DNA of 63,962 bases, the filler included, from Catajapyx aquilonaris (taxonomy: Eukaryota): the NCBI GenBank assembly GCA_000934665.2. It is 3 parts of 3 records of this genome, joined end to end, with 100 filler letters (N's around TTAATTAATTAA, not from the genome) between each part and the next. Parts side by side here need not be neighbours in the genome. Positions count along the whole stretch, not along the records: positions 21,527 to 43,005 come from JYFJ02006063.1; 2 more parts are not named here. One strand, 5' to 3'. Below, one piece after another: positions 24,806-36,880 of this stretch. A program made the position numbers and the translations under genes. How positions within the stretch are numbered: the stretch's first letter is position 1; each line of letters begins with the position of its first letter. Below the pieces are notes generated by a model, which worked only from the letters and a program-made list of their open reading frames with translations, was not told the origin of the DNA and made no database searches.

Positions 24806-25330
24806 GTGGCAACCCCGCGGTCACCCCCACGCCTGCACGGGCTGGGGGAAAGGAAGAATAAAGGGCATTCTGAGCTGGGACTTGGTGCTATTCACTTGTG
24901 GGCTGGGGGGCCTCTCCCCCTTGTATTGCAGGTTGCAGGTTAGTGGCGGCCCAAGGGACCGATAGCTCGACGTCGGTGGCGACGTGCACGTCATTGGGAC
25001 GTAACAGTGGCGCCCAACAGATTTAAAACCGACACGACGGCCCCGGCGTTGCCGGGCAGGGCGGTCAGTTGGCGATTTCTTTGTCGCAAGCGCACGTGGT
25101 GATGCTCCCAGGCTGTTTTTCAGCCGTATAGTAGGCTGGCGGGTGCGCGCTAGTGTTTTTGGAGGGTCTTTGTGCCTGTATTTTGCGTGGCTTGCCCGAC
25201 GACTTCGTCGTTGACGGGGCGAGACGGTGCGCAAATTTTTCGCGGAGCTTGATTGTCGCGGATTTATCTGCGGGGCTTTGTGGCCGTTGGTGGCCCGTGT
25301 ATGAGCAGGGGGTTGTCATATATTAAAATG
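24806..25330 (+). mobile_element. Gypsy-like LTR 3' part, primer-binding site and 5' leader
   Basis: AATAAA near 24857, LTR end ...GACGTAACA (25006), and PBS TGGCGCCCAAC (25008-25018) complementary to the 3' end of tRNA-Lys(CTT)+CCA, followed by a GC-rich leader. No gag recognised. Confidence 0.7.
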
Positions 25331-26011
25331 CTCGGGATTATTTTGCATTTAATGCTAATCATTAACATTAATTTTTATGACAAGCTTCACCACATTGATT
25401 AAATAAATATATTATTGATTTAATCAAGACTGTTGTTGTTTTGTTTCTCATATACCTTTGAATAAAACCTCCCTGTGGAATTTTAGCACGTTTTTACCAT
25501 CTGAAAAGAAGGACTTATCAATGTTTTCCTCTTTTTGTGGAAAATGTTGATAAGTCCAAAGTTGGTTTTTAATTATATTTAAAATTTAAGTATATACAGT
25601 TGATAGGTGGCACATTTAATCCAGAGTGCCCTAATCTGTGTTATACGTAAGTATCTTTTTCGAGCATGTTTATCTGTGATTACAGGGCCAGATAGAAAAC
25701 TTTAACATACCGGTCTAGCAATCTTGGATGTGCAGTGCGCCCCGCTGAATTGGTCCCCCGCCTATTTGAACCAAAAGTCTTTTTCGCAATGTGGTCCGAA
25801 TAAGCGGAGAGCACTGTATATAGGCTATCATGTATAATGATGGGACTTCTTCCCCAGTGTTTCAAACGAAGCAATTTAACTGTTTGAATGAAATAAGATC
25901 ATGTAGCAAAGGCTTGGTTTGTCACAAAAATTTGCGTTATACATACTTGAACTAAAAGTCTGTGTATATATACACACTTAACCTTGGTAACATACTGGTA
26001 TGCAATTTCAG

Positions 26012-26960
26012 GAGATGGAATCAACAAGCAGCCATTTTGTGGATAACAAACACTTAAGGAAGCTTTTGGCATTGGCACACAAATATCGGCAACCTGTAGC
26101 CACAAATTTGCCATCTTACCTAGCATCTCACGAAGGGGTAAGTAATGTGTCCAACTGTGCATGTAATGTACTGTAATTATGTCAAATAATGTGATGGAAG
26201 TGTAATATGAATGTACCATAATATCAATATACATGTAAGGTCTATGCTGTTAGTATACAGAATTGTGCTTCACAATAATTATGTATAGAGGTCTAATTAT
26301 TTACCTGATTATTATTTCTGCTCAAAATAGACTGTGAGGTCCGATTTGGCAGGTCAATGTCACAGATGGTGACAGACCTGAAAAAAATTCAAGAGGCCTA
26401 TGCGTTGACCATGAAAGTGCCTGGAGCAGATATGAATACCATTGAGGACCACCTCCGTCCTCCCAATGCCAGACACAATTTCGTTAATGAGGTGAGTGTT
26501 TTGAGATCGTGAGTTACTAACTTCTGGAAACACTTGGATAATGTAAACAATACCTAATTATCATCCTTTTTGGCAATCTAGGCAACCTCCTGCACCACAT
26601 GACAAATGCACATACTGTATCTCAAATGATTATTCCATTGTATTATGTATTCCGTCTTATAGTGCATCATACCATGCGTTTATCATTCCATGAGCAATTG
26701 GAAGTCTACATAGAATTTGGAAAGTGCAATTAGTGTGTGCTACAAGACTAGGCCTATATAAGTGTCTAATTGTATATCTCTATATGTATGTTAGGTAGAT
26801 TTATCTCATGACACCCCACGACCACATGGGCCCGGAAAAGAAGGCGCTGTTTGTCTGGCAGCTGTCAAGTGGAGCTAGACAGTACTATACTAGTCTGGAG
26901 GAAGGAGTAATTTTGGGACTTTGCGTGTATTACCTGCGAGCACTTAATTATCCAGGATCA
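26012..26960 (+). pseudogene. Multi-exon SAMD3-like (probable EnSpm-type accessory) gene fragment, copy 1
   Basis: Exons 26012-26137 (..HLRKLLALAHKYRQ..G/gtaag), 26321-26491 (LKIDCEVRF../gtgag, decayed acceptor) and ~26796-26960 (..EEGVILGLCVYYLRALNYP). Homologous to 38694-39390. Confidence 0.55.
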
Positions 26961-26964
26961 CAAA

Positions 26965-27890
26965 ACACTTTCCTAACGTTGCTGCAAAAAGTTGTGCTTC
27001 CAAATGAGTGCGTTGTAGAGGCACGGAGGACACAAATTGCAGGCTCTCCTGAACAAAATTGTCAATGTGTAAAAAATTAATCAATGAAAACATGTCCAAA
27101 CCATCTTGATTTATATAGTGATAGAAAAACCCTCGCTACGCTGGAATTTTTCTATGGCGCAGGCGTAGAAAACCGCTCGCTTCGCTCACGTTTTTCTACG
27201 CCTGTGGCGGACACAGCATTTTAAATCGCTTTCGACTTATAGCCAGTGATGATGCCCATCCTCCAATCATATGTGTACTCCCCACCACATCCGTTCCTCC
27301 GTCCGTGATTTTGTACTGATATCCACGATTCAGTACTACCTTACGAACGGTCTGAAATCCCACCTTTGCATTGGCTGGGAAACATGCATTTGCATACTTC
27401 AACATTTTAGGAAAAAGATACACAGTGTCAAACACATGCGCCTTCGATTCCCTGATACAGATCATGTGTTGTGCTTATTGTGACAGTGAGAACTATTCCG
27501 GTTTTATAGACATACCGAGTGAATTTTCTCCTCTGTGGAAACATGTAGTGAGTTTATCCACCACTGGTGTCACAGCAAGCACGTACCAGCAACGGGCGAA
27601 GATTCTGGGGGAGTTTTCGCAAAAGGAGAGTTTGCCACAATGTCACGCTCATAAAAGCTGAAGCGACCATACTGTAGCTTCTATGGCGGCACACATGTTA
27701 AGAGGTTGCACTTGTATCATTTAAAAAACCAAATGCTCGGTCGTGACATGCTTGTCAAACGGCAAAACAATCAAAGTGAAATTAGTGTTGGCTTCGATTC
27801 TCCAGACTTATCCAACCTCCAGGACAAATTAAATTCAATTGTGGCATGTGAAACAATGAGGTGTTCAGAACATTGTGAAGGTGTAAAGAC
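26965..27890 (+). mobile_element. NOF-FB-like (Mutator-related) transposase C-terminal fragment, interrupted at ~27120-27370
   Basis: VSNTCAFDSLIQIMCCAYCDS..Y..FI ... GVTASTYQQRAKIL. The insert contains the hairpin TAGAAAACCGCTCGCTTCGCTCACGTTTTTCTA. Confidence 0.65.
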
Positions 27891-29891
27891 TGTAGGCCCG
27901 GCCAGGCGAGGAGGACCGTCCCCGGTGCTGCCTGCCAATCATCGCCCCCCTCCCACTGCCGCTATACCAACGACCAACGGTACCAGGAGTTGGTGCTCAA
28001 TGCAACCAGAAGACAGCGTGTGAGGAGGACATGCCGGACGGAATGGAAGGCATGGCGCGGCCTACAGCTTGCACCAGCAGACATCGCAAGGGGCCATATG
28101 GACTTCAACATTCCGGACACTTCATATTTATACGATTCCATGGATGCCGCGGAGGAGACTCGGGAACTACCCCTGGCATGAAAGCACTCCAGGACCCGGA
28201 ATTCCCCACGCAGCACACTCTGACAGCTCTCTATTGGAAACTGCCCCTTCTGGAGATGGAATCTGTCAGCTGTTGCCCTAAATTTGCGCGCCATCGCTTT
28301 CAAAACATTTTTTTCCCTCTAGCCTGGGAAGTCACCGAGTGTGGTGTCAAGTGCAATGAACAGGCAAACGCGACACTACGCAGCATGTTCCGTGGTTGTG
28401 TGAGCGACATGTTCGACAATCATGACGCCACTGTCGATCCTGATGCTTCAACAGAAAGAGCCCTGGACCCCACTTTATCAGGAGAGAATGACGGCTGTTT
28501 TTCGGGCTAGTCCGGAGCCTGGACCGTGCCAACTCTTTGCACTCCATGTTATACCATAAAAAGGCCTATACTGGCCAACATGTAACAGCTAGTCGAAATA
28601 AATACATATCCTCCTGAGACCCGAGAAGAATTGGGTAATGGAATGTCAGTTCCTATTGCCGTTACGCAATTACGGTTACAACACTGTACAGTTAAAAGGA
28701 CGCCCAATGAACAGTCTAACTCGATATGCCTTACGTCGGCGGGTAGGTCCGTTTGGAATAGCACAGGAAGCGTACCGAGAAATAAACAGACGCACTTTGG
28801 CAGATTTTAAGACACTTGTAGGCGCCATCATTCATGATATTACATTACGTGCAATTGCCTTTGAACACAAAAAATAGCTGTTAATCCAAACACATATGAG
28901 GCACTCATAGGAAGAACTCCATATCCCAACTGACCTCCAATTTTGATATTCTAGTGCTTTTGTAATCTCCTTCCATCTACCTTTCATGTGGTTAAGTACC
29001 AAATTGGCGAAACCGGTCGGGGTATGGCTAGAGGATTAAATGCAATTAGTCATACTGAATACTCCCTCTATTCTTTCATCATGACTGATTTAAGCCTCAT
29101 TTTAACCCCCCTTGTTACTTCGCTTAACCTAACCCAATCCAACGTCCATGAAACTGCAATGTCTGTATTAAATTAGCAATATTGGTTATAGTCAGGAATT
29201 ATACCTCCCAACCATTAAGTCCACTCCGGCTATAATAACCTCGGTTATAGTAATTTGGATAGGTCTTAATAAGGCCCTGTGCATTTTCACTCCGGATATA
29301 GTAATTATTCTTGGCCTGTCGGTGGGACAATTTTCTCCTTTTGCTTACCCGGAGTAACGAACGGGTTTCAATTGAACCACCCCAATAGAAACCCATAGAT
29401 TTTACTCGTGTGGCAGTTTATTTTGTAACATATTGAAATTACTTTCAATATCTTTCAGGTGGATTTTACATTGCGCAAGTATATTCCGGGCAGCAAGCTG
29501 TCCGAATCCGATGGCTCGATTCAAAAGAAAAGAAGAAAAGAATTTGGATAGGTCACTAGTGAACACTCCATTCCGAGGCGGGCTGCGCTCCGCAATGGTT
29601 TATGCTGTTTTTGGACATTGTGTGTATATTTACTCTGTATGATTGTGTATTATGTACATATTGTATATTCATGTTATGGTGGTCCGAGCTCCAGTTCCAA
29701 CTAGCCGCTAGGCAAACTGGATCTGGTGAGACAACCAGGAGCAGTGGCACCGCCAACCCTGACCAAGCTACGTCCCCACCGAGGTCCGCGCTGTGCTCGT
29801 GAAAGTGCCACCCAGGCCGCAGCCCTGCACTCGACCATCTGGACTACACCCAAGACATAACGACCACAGCAGCACTCAGTTCAGCACAAAC

Positions 29892-29963
29892 AGTCCTATT
29901 CAGGAATCCGTTGTTACCTACAAACGGCCCTTTTCAGGGCCAACAAGAGCATCGGTAAAGAGA
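29892..29963 (+). promoter_or_regulatory. Histone-type 3' processing signal (stem-loop plus purine-rich downstream element) with no histone ORF
   Basis: AAAC-GGCCCTTTTCAGGGCC-AACA (stem-loop 29926-29941), AAAGAGA at 29957-29963, and a degenerate second stem-loop AGTCCTATTCAGGAAT at 29892-29907. Confidence 0.75.
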
Positions 29964-30650
29964 TACAAAAATGTCATCTATCTCATCATAATCCCATCCA
30001 TTAAGTCCTCTGCGTGTACCTAACAGTCACCAGAGTTTTCAGTAATGGTTTATGACATTGTCCGTTATGTGTCCCTGGTCATGGCTGGCTACAGGATTAT
30101 GCTGTGAGCATATGAATGAATGAATTTTTTGGGGTCACATTCATCCTTTGCTCACTTTCTTCGCACTGAAGTAGGCTAGTTAGAGTTGCGTTTACAGCTA
30201 GAGCTGGCCTTTTCTGCCTCGATACAAAGGCGAAATGAGCAGCTGCACCTACCTCAGCCTCCTCAGGCTACCTCAGGTGAGGTGTAGCATGCCGTAGCAC
30301 CTCCCACACACTCACCTAGTCGCCTAATATTGTTCCCGTAACAGCAGAAATCCGGGCAGTCCTGGGCGAGGCGGAGACAAACATCTGGTCAGAGGAACAT
30401 GGCTCTTCTATCCGGCCAATCACAGACGGGCGCTTCCCCGCGCCACAGGAGAAGTGTGGCATGCCCTTATACTTCTGTATACCCTTGATACAGTACCTTG
30501 GATACAGTGCTTTCCAATCTTTTTCGTCGGCGACCCCAAAAAACCGCCACTCAAAATTCGCGACCCTCATGCGAGTTATTATTGCCACGTACTAGTACCT
30601 GATGTGATGCCCTTGTACTTCTGTAAGAGGGCTCTAAGTTGCAGTGTATC

Positions 30651-30790
30651 ATGAACAGTGAGGAAATTACGTGGCAGGTGTCAGAGGAAGGAAGTGGGGA
30701 AATACACACAGTCAAAGACAAAAATGTAGATCAATTATTGTGCAAAGGGCTTACTTGCCCTATGATGTGTGATGAATGTCATGTCGTTTG
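30651..30790 (+). mobile_element. MULE/MuDR transposase fragment (region preceding the SWIM finger)
   Basis: WQVSEEGSGEIHTV...C....CPMMCDECHVC-like pattern. Confidence 0.55.
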
Positions 30791-31164
30791 TAGGCGGAGT
30801 GGTGCCGCCATCTTTCTTCTAGACTGTACGAAGTGGAGGGGGTGAAGTCAGCACTTTCCGTTCTTCGCTCTCATTGGCTGGATGGCTACGTCATGGGGAT
30901 TTAATTTTCCCTTTAATGCCATTTAAACTGGCTCGTTTTCGCGAGTGCGCGTTTACACGTTTGGAGAAAATAATTTATTTATAAAATAATAACCACATCT
31001 GTAGGTGAAACTCTTGGGGAAGTCGTAGAGTACAGTATAAGCTATACGTACAAAAAAAAGGAGGTCTCTGGTGTGCCTGTTTGTCGGCAAAAAAAAAAAA
31101 AAATTGGCGCGTGCTCTGTTTAGGTCAAAGATGTGTTGATCTTCGGACTCTACTGTTTTGACTC

Positions 31165-31401
31165 AGATTCAAGGATATAATGAAACGCCTTTCTGGTATC
31201 ATCCTGCATAGTAGGAAAAAAGAAGGGCGTGACGAAGCCTCTGGATTGCAGAAGAAAAGGATTTGATTTGAATTTGTTGTATGCCTAGTCATACTTTCTG
31301 ATGTGTTTGGAGCTCTTCATGCATGCAGCAATCTCCTTCAGCTAAGTAACATCGATCTCATTAAAGCCGTAAATCACCTACGAAATGCAACAGAAACATT
31401 G
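31165..31401 (+). mobile_element. hAT (Tip100/ZMYM1-like) transposase fragment
   Basis: LRFKDIMKRLSGIILHSRKKEGRDEASGLQKKRI*FEFVVCLVILSDVFG...SNLLQLSNIDLIKAVNHL, one stop. Confidence 0.8.
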
Positions 31402-32120
31402 ATCACCTGATGTGAGACCGCCTATCTGCATAAAATATGTAAAATATTTACTCTGACTCTCACGAAGCCAGCTCAGCAACACCCAGGACCAGGGACAACT
31501 CAACATCTCCCCGATCCAATCCCAACATACCAGGACACCAATAGAGGACCTTGAACGTGACCCGGGCCCACAAGAGGACCAGCTAGTACAAGCATTTCAG
31601 AATGGCCAGTCGACACTCCTCTCCACCCAGGTCGCAGGGTTTAGAAGGGAGATTGATTCCTGCCAGGAACACCCTAATGACCCCTTGTTTTATCGCCATA
31701 GAGACTTTCCACCCATGACCCTCCCTTCCCGCATACTTAGAGGTAACCTTAATAGACGATTTGCTCCCACTGGAACACAGCTGGACCCTGGAACACCTCG
31801 TGCCATACCTGATCATTCCATGGAAGGGGACGACCTACCTCCTACATTTTCCCTGAACCGCATTTCCCCCCCTAACCTGGACAACAGGTCACCACTAACT
31901 AATCAATTGCTGACTGACATGAACGATCATATTGTCTCCACAGTCCGCCAACTCAAATCTTGATACAAGCTAATTACGTGTCAAACTGGGTAGTACTCTG
32001 CTACATCCGGCATAATGTTGGGGGAATTACGTGGCTGCTGGGCACAAATCTGTTTTGCGTTATGTAGCTGTTATTGTAAGTATCGTACTTTAAGCTATTA
32101 GTCCTATTACTTTACAGAAT

Positions 32121-32757
32121 ATGCCTCGGATGTACAATCGGACATCAACTGAAGGCGAATGGTCTGAAGAGAGCTTAAAACATGCCCTGGAAGCTTTGGC
32201 AGAGAAGAAGGCTTCGGCCAGAGCTATCTCAAGGCAGTACAACAACCCTGTTTGGATACTTCTGAGGAGGTTCACCAAAAGGAATGAGGTCAAACACCTC
32301 GGAGCAAGTGTCTTTCTTGGTCAAGGAAATGAGGAACAGTCGGTGGCACACATTTAAAAATTGGAAGACGCAGGCTACCCTCCAACAGCCAGAGACATAC
32401 ACCATCTTGCGTTTACTTTCACGCATAAAAATAACATGAAACATCCTTTCAACCCAACTACAACTGGCGGGTTATGACTGGCTGAGAGGGTTTTTGAGGA
32501 GGAACCCAATCATCTAAATTCGTCAAGCGCAGGGTCCACTGGCCCATGGGATGTGTCGTGAAGTCAATTATTTGTATTTCGACTTACTCTCGCAAATGTA
32601 CGAAGAACACAGCCTTACCCCACGTCAGTTATACAATATGGATGAGTCTGGATTACAGCTGAACGTGCAACCAGGCAAGGTGCTTGCTACAAAGGGAGCA
32701 AAGGATGTCCATAATGTAGCAAGTGGAAAAAAGGGAGCGACAATTAGTATAGTGGCA
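32121..32757 (+). mobile_element. pogo/Tigger-type transposase N-terminal fragment (HTH_psq, CENP-B HTH, first catalytic Asp)
   Basis: MPRMYNR...WSEESLKHAL...ARAISRQY, GYDWLRGFLRRNP, LYNMDESGLQLN..PGKVLATKGAKDV; contains stops and frameshifts. Confidence 0.9.
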
Positions 32758-32845
32758 ATACAGTGCCCATGCGGGAGGAGGGGAACTGCGGAAAAACAGC
32801 AACATAGGCTGCTGTGTAGTAGGTTGCTCACATACCTACACTGAC

Positions 32846-33311
32846 TGTGAGTGCCCTCCGGGAACCACATTCTACAGCTTTCGTGGACACCCGTGGGAAA
32901 AGTCTTGACGAGCTGCGTAGACCCGAGCAGTAAATCGAGTGAGGTTAGTAATTACTACCAGAGGGGGTTGCACAAGCAACCTACAAGAGACCCACTCAAA
33001 CAACTACTCCTTTGCAGTCCAGATGGATCAGCCTGGCAGCTGAAGAAATTTCATCAGGTGTGTAGCAGTCACTTTGCAGGAGGGGTCAAGAGTGACACAG
33101 AAGCTCATCCTGCATATGTGCCTACCCTGGACATGACACCGAAGCGATCTGCAGCAGAGAGCGCACGAAGGAATGCTGCAGTCCAACGTCCAACCGCCAT
33201 CACAGTAGGAATCGAAAGTTCGGCAGCGACATATTAACTACAGCATCAGATGACCCAAATGTTGGTATGATGGCTGACGACTCGTCACTTGATGTCGGTA
33301 CACAGACTGAT
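32846..33311 (+). mobile_element. THAP zinc-finger fragment with intron (ISL2EU/Harbinger-type transposase N-terminus); linker with TQT motifs resumes at 34283-34690
   Basis: TFYSF.GHPWE ... intron ... PDGSAW...VCSSHFAGGVKSD...HPAYVPT; downstream DVGTQTD, QTQ and SQTD motifs. Confidence 0.8.
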
Positions 33312-34282
33312 TAATTTACTATAATGGTGGCAGATGCCAGGCAGAGCAGCTCTATGACTATATAATACATACTATATATGCTATACAGGTGCGAAGTTAT
33401 AATTATCAATAATAGGGGCGGATAAGTCTTCCCAAGTTACTAATATGAATAATACGTGGTTGTCGTACTGAGAAATATTGAGTAGGAAGTAGACTCGGTC
33501 CTGGTGGCGCGCCCTGTAAAACTGTGTCCTTCTGAGGAAGTTATCAAGTATATACAGGGTGTATCTGAACTCAGTGCCCCGAGGTATATGACTGCCTTCC
33601 TAGCCACCAGAGGATCGATTTAAGTATAGGAATCATTATGTTTGGCCTCCACATTACGGAGATACACTCTTCAGCGATTTTTGCCTAATCGCTCCTTCTG
33701 ACTTTAAAATAGAATTTTCTGGTGTAACTAGCCAAAGAGGCCTTACCACCTGCGGGCAACAAACCAACAAAGTCCCGCCCCCAGACCTTCCAGAGCCTTC
33801 TGACTGGGGGAGGGTTCGATGGGTGGCCTAACCGACAGGATATTTTGTACTACATGTTTGCGGCCAATTATCTCCGTAATGAGGCTACCCAGACATATGA
33901 CTCCTATACTTAAATCGATCCTCTGGTGGCTAGGAAGGCAGTCATATACGTCGGGGCACTGAGTTCAGATACACCCTGTATAATAATATGAACAATAGGT
34001 GCAGACTTCACATCTTGACAGCCCGGCAAACAGAGCTTGAGCATTACAACAGGTAAGAATTTTCAATCGCTAAGTATGTGATTTTTGTAGGGGGACGTTA
34101 ACCACTTCATGTGTGAGCTGCAACATGGAGCGGTTACGGTGACATATTCAGGGGAGCTGTAAGATCTACGTTTATAATAAACAGTCGTTCATAGATACTG
34201 TCATTGACCTTTTAATGTCGCCATACCCATACTTCACTTCCTTCCAACTTATATTCGAACCAGTACCTGCGTAGGTTCGACA
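33312..34282 (+). mobile_element. 5'-truncated LTR-like sequence (BEL/Pao-like) carrying a nested MITE
   Basis: Short internal CAG/GTAAG...TTTTGTAG intron-like element, AATAAA near 34176, and terminal ...GGTTCGACA. No TG start is visible. Confidence 0.4.
33555..33978. mobile_element. Tc1/mariner-type MITE, ~110-bp TIRs, TA TSD
   Basis: TA-CAGGGTGTATCTGAACTCAGTGCCCCG... / ...CGGGGCACTGAGTTCAGATACACCCTG-TA, near-perfect over more than 80 bp. Confidence 0.93.
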
Positions 34283-34818
34283 CTACCCTGGACATGACAC
34301 CGAAGCGATCTGCAGCAGAGAGTGCACGAAGGAATGCTGCAGTCCAACGTCCAACCGCCATCACAGTAGGAATCGCAAGTTCGGCAGCGACATATTAACT
34401 ACAGCATCAGATGATCCAAATGTTGGTATGGTGGCTGACGACTCGTCACTTGATGTCGGTACACAGACTGATCCTGTTCATGATCTCCCAGTTGTTTTTG
34501 AGTTCACTTGTTGTGCAAGTGACATTGTGACAATGACATGCAAACTCAGGCTCAAATACCAATGTTTGCTAGTGCAATGACACAAACACAGGTGAGAGTG
34601 ACATCAGAATGTAGCTCACAAACTGATGATTGCGTTGACATATTTGGGAAGTTAGACAAAGCCAATGATGCCACATTATCAGATATTGCAGGAGTCAGGT
34701 GGCCCTCGAGACACTGCAAGACACGAGATAAAATTTCAAGCCTTCCCAACCAGGATGCTCGGGCAAGAAGGCGCCGATTGACGACCCATACTCGCTGCTA
34801 CAGAGCATTCTGCAGATT

Positions 34819-35182
34819 ATGCTGGTTGTGGACATTGTGGACCGGACCATCAAGAAGCGAAAGAAACCCAGGTGTGGCTGCCTGCTGAGGGAGCTTCGCG
34901 GAGAAGATCACGACAGCTACAGAAACTACCTACGTATGGATGCTCACGCATATGAATATCTCCTGGACGTAATCTCAGACAAAATCACGAAGAAGGACAC
35001 ATGCATGCGAACGCCCATCTCACCCAGTGAGCGACTGTCAGCATCATCATGATATCTGGCCACAGGCGAGACTTATCAGAGCCTGCAGTACTCAACACGA
35101 ATTTCATAACAGAGCCTGTCTCAAACAATACCGGAGGTGACAGAAAGCCATTTATGAGGCACTTCGTGGGGATTTTTTCAAG
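34819..35182 (+). mobile_element. PIF/Harbinger transposase N-terminal fragment
   Basis: LLRELRGEDHDSYRNYLRMD..AYEYLL...ITKKDTCMRTPISPSERL...YLATGETYQSLQY; ends at a GT donor. Confidence 0.88.
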
Positions 35183-35792
35183 GTACGTTGGAATTATTGC
35201 AATATGTTGGATGTTGCAGTGCTGCTTGCTATAAAAATATCATTGTAACAAGTGAAACTTTTAAAGATGCATTTCGGGAAGGTGCAAAGTGGTACAAGAA
35301 AGCACACTGCGACTTGGAACAAGTGCATGACCACAGTGTGATATTTACAATACAGCACTTTTACATTAATACACTGTCTTTCTGATTATCTGGGCTAATG
35401 ACTGCACTATTACTCGGCGTCATGCTCATCGAGGCTTATTCTTTCCTATGTTCAGTATACGTACTGTACACATATATATGCCGGCAACAATAGGTTATTC
35501 CCTGGGCTTAGTTAATGGACCTTGAGTCTTGGCTGGCAATAATAATAAGGCATATGCATAGTCACGTCGAGCGTATTGTAGCAGCTGTTATGGTAGCTGG
35601 TTATGGTCAGTAGCTGTGCTATGCTGCGAGGGATATTCTCGGGAAAGGTTCGTATAACGGAGTGTGTGATTCAGGTACACTATGGCGTGATGGGTTACAG
35701 TAGGGAGTATAGAGGCCAAATAATAATAATTTTACTGGTTGAATTTTTTGCGGCTGGAAATAAGCATTCCAACACGGCCTCCAAATTGTAGA

Positions 35793-36697
35793 ATGGATGA
35801 GGATGGGGACAACAGTTCAGTGCGAAATGAAGTACAGTGTTGTGATGATAACTCGGACGAAGTGAGCTCAGGAGATAGCGAACTGGACTACCCCTTCCCA
35901 TTACATCATAAAGATACCGAACACCAGGCCAGCACCAATGCGAGCGGGCTGAAGGAAAAATTGGGAGACTGGGCCGTTAACCACAGAGTCAGGCAGAGTG
36001 ATGAATGACTTGCTTGGGATATTGGGGGGTTTACATGACGAGCTACCACGTGATGCAAGAACAATGCTGCAGACACCTAGAGAGACTATCACTACGAACC
36101 TAGCAAATGTAGAGTACTATCACTTTGGATTGGAGCAGTGTCTGAAAACTGCCCATCATCCAGCAGATATAACTCTTTCATTCAACATTGGTCTGCCCCT
36201 GTACAAAAATGCAGCCGTGGCCCATTCTAGGCACTGTACATGGCGATAGAGGTTCTCCTTTTGCTGTGAGTGTGTTTTGTGGAACTGGGAAGCCTTGACC
36301 ACTAGATAACTATGTCAGGAGTTTCTTGGAGGATTTGCAGAATGCCTTAGGTAGAGGTTGCACCATTCAAGATCATCCTGTTGCAGTGAAATTACATGCC
36401 ATAATCGTATGTGATGCTCCTGCATGGGCATACCTAAAATGCATCAAGTCACACATATGGATGTGACCATTGTCAGCAGGAAGGTGAATGAAAAGGAACA
36501 GGTGTACAGTGCATCCTGAAGTAAAATAATGGCCATCTACGAACTGATGAAAATATATTTTGCCAGCCATTCTCAGACTGAGCACCATGTCGCTCAGTCA
36601 CCCTTCTTGATGGTATTGGGTGCTGCAGTTGGCATGGTGACTCACTTTCCTCTCGATTATATGCATGACGTTTGTTCGGGCGTAATGAACCGATTAT
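35793..36697 (+). mobile_element. EnSpm/CACTA-type (animal) transposase fragment, heavily frameshifted
   Basis: LGDWAVNH...NDLLGIL...LPRDARTMLQTP, YYHFGL, LSFNI.GLPLYK, WPIL, VCDAPA.AYLKCIKSH, RTDE, LDYMH.VC.GVM. Confidence 0.85.
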
Positions 36698-36704
36698 AAT
36701 ATAG

Positions 36705-36880
36705 CCCAATGTATTGTTATCGTGTGTGCCGGTATCTTGGACATCATACAGTCAGCATTATGACGACCTTGGAAAACACTGCCAAAACATGTCAGGAGTG
36801 TGGTGGAAAAAACGCGACCCAAGTTTACACGATCCTCATTTTTGTCAACTTTGACCTGAACATGTACCAACTACTAGCTA
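36705..36880 (+). mobile_element. LINE ORF1-like zinc-knuckle remnant
   Basis: PMYCYR.C...GH ... CQECGG pattern; decayed. Confidence 0.45.

Larger units (their letters stand above)
33122..34472 (+). repeat. 190-bp direct repeat (33122-33311 and 34283-34472) bracketing a 971-bp insert
   Basis: The copies differ at 4 positions by my alignment. Confidence 0.95.

Noticed and set aside
25111..25125. GGCTGTTTTTCAGCC as another histone stem-loop
   Set aside because: Wrong geometry (5-bp stem, 5-nt loop) and no A-rich 5' flank or HDE.
28270..28870. Shared LRAIAF hexapeptide at ~28282 and ~28845
   Set aside because: The similarity does not extend on either side, so it is probably chance.
28988..29060. 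YQIGETGR as a Penelope GIY-YIG endonuclease motif
   Set aside because: The upstream GVVY..C motif and the downstream R..EH are missing.
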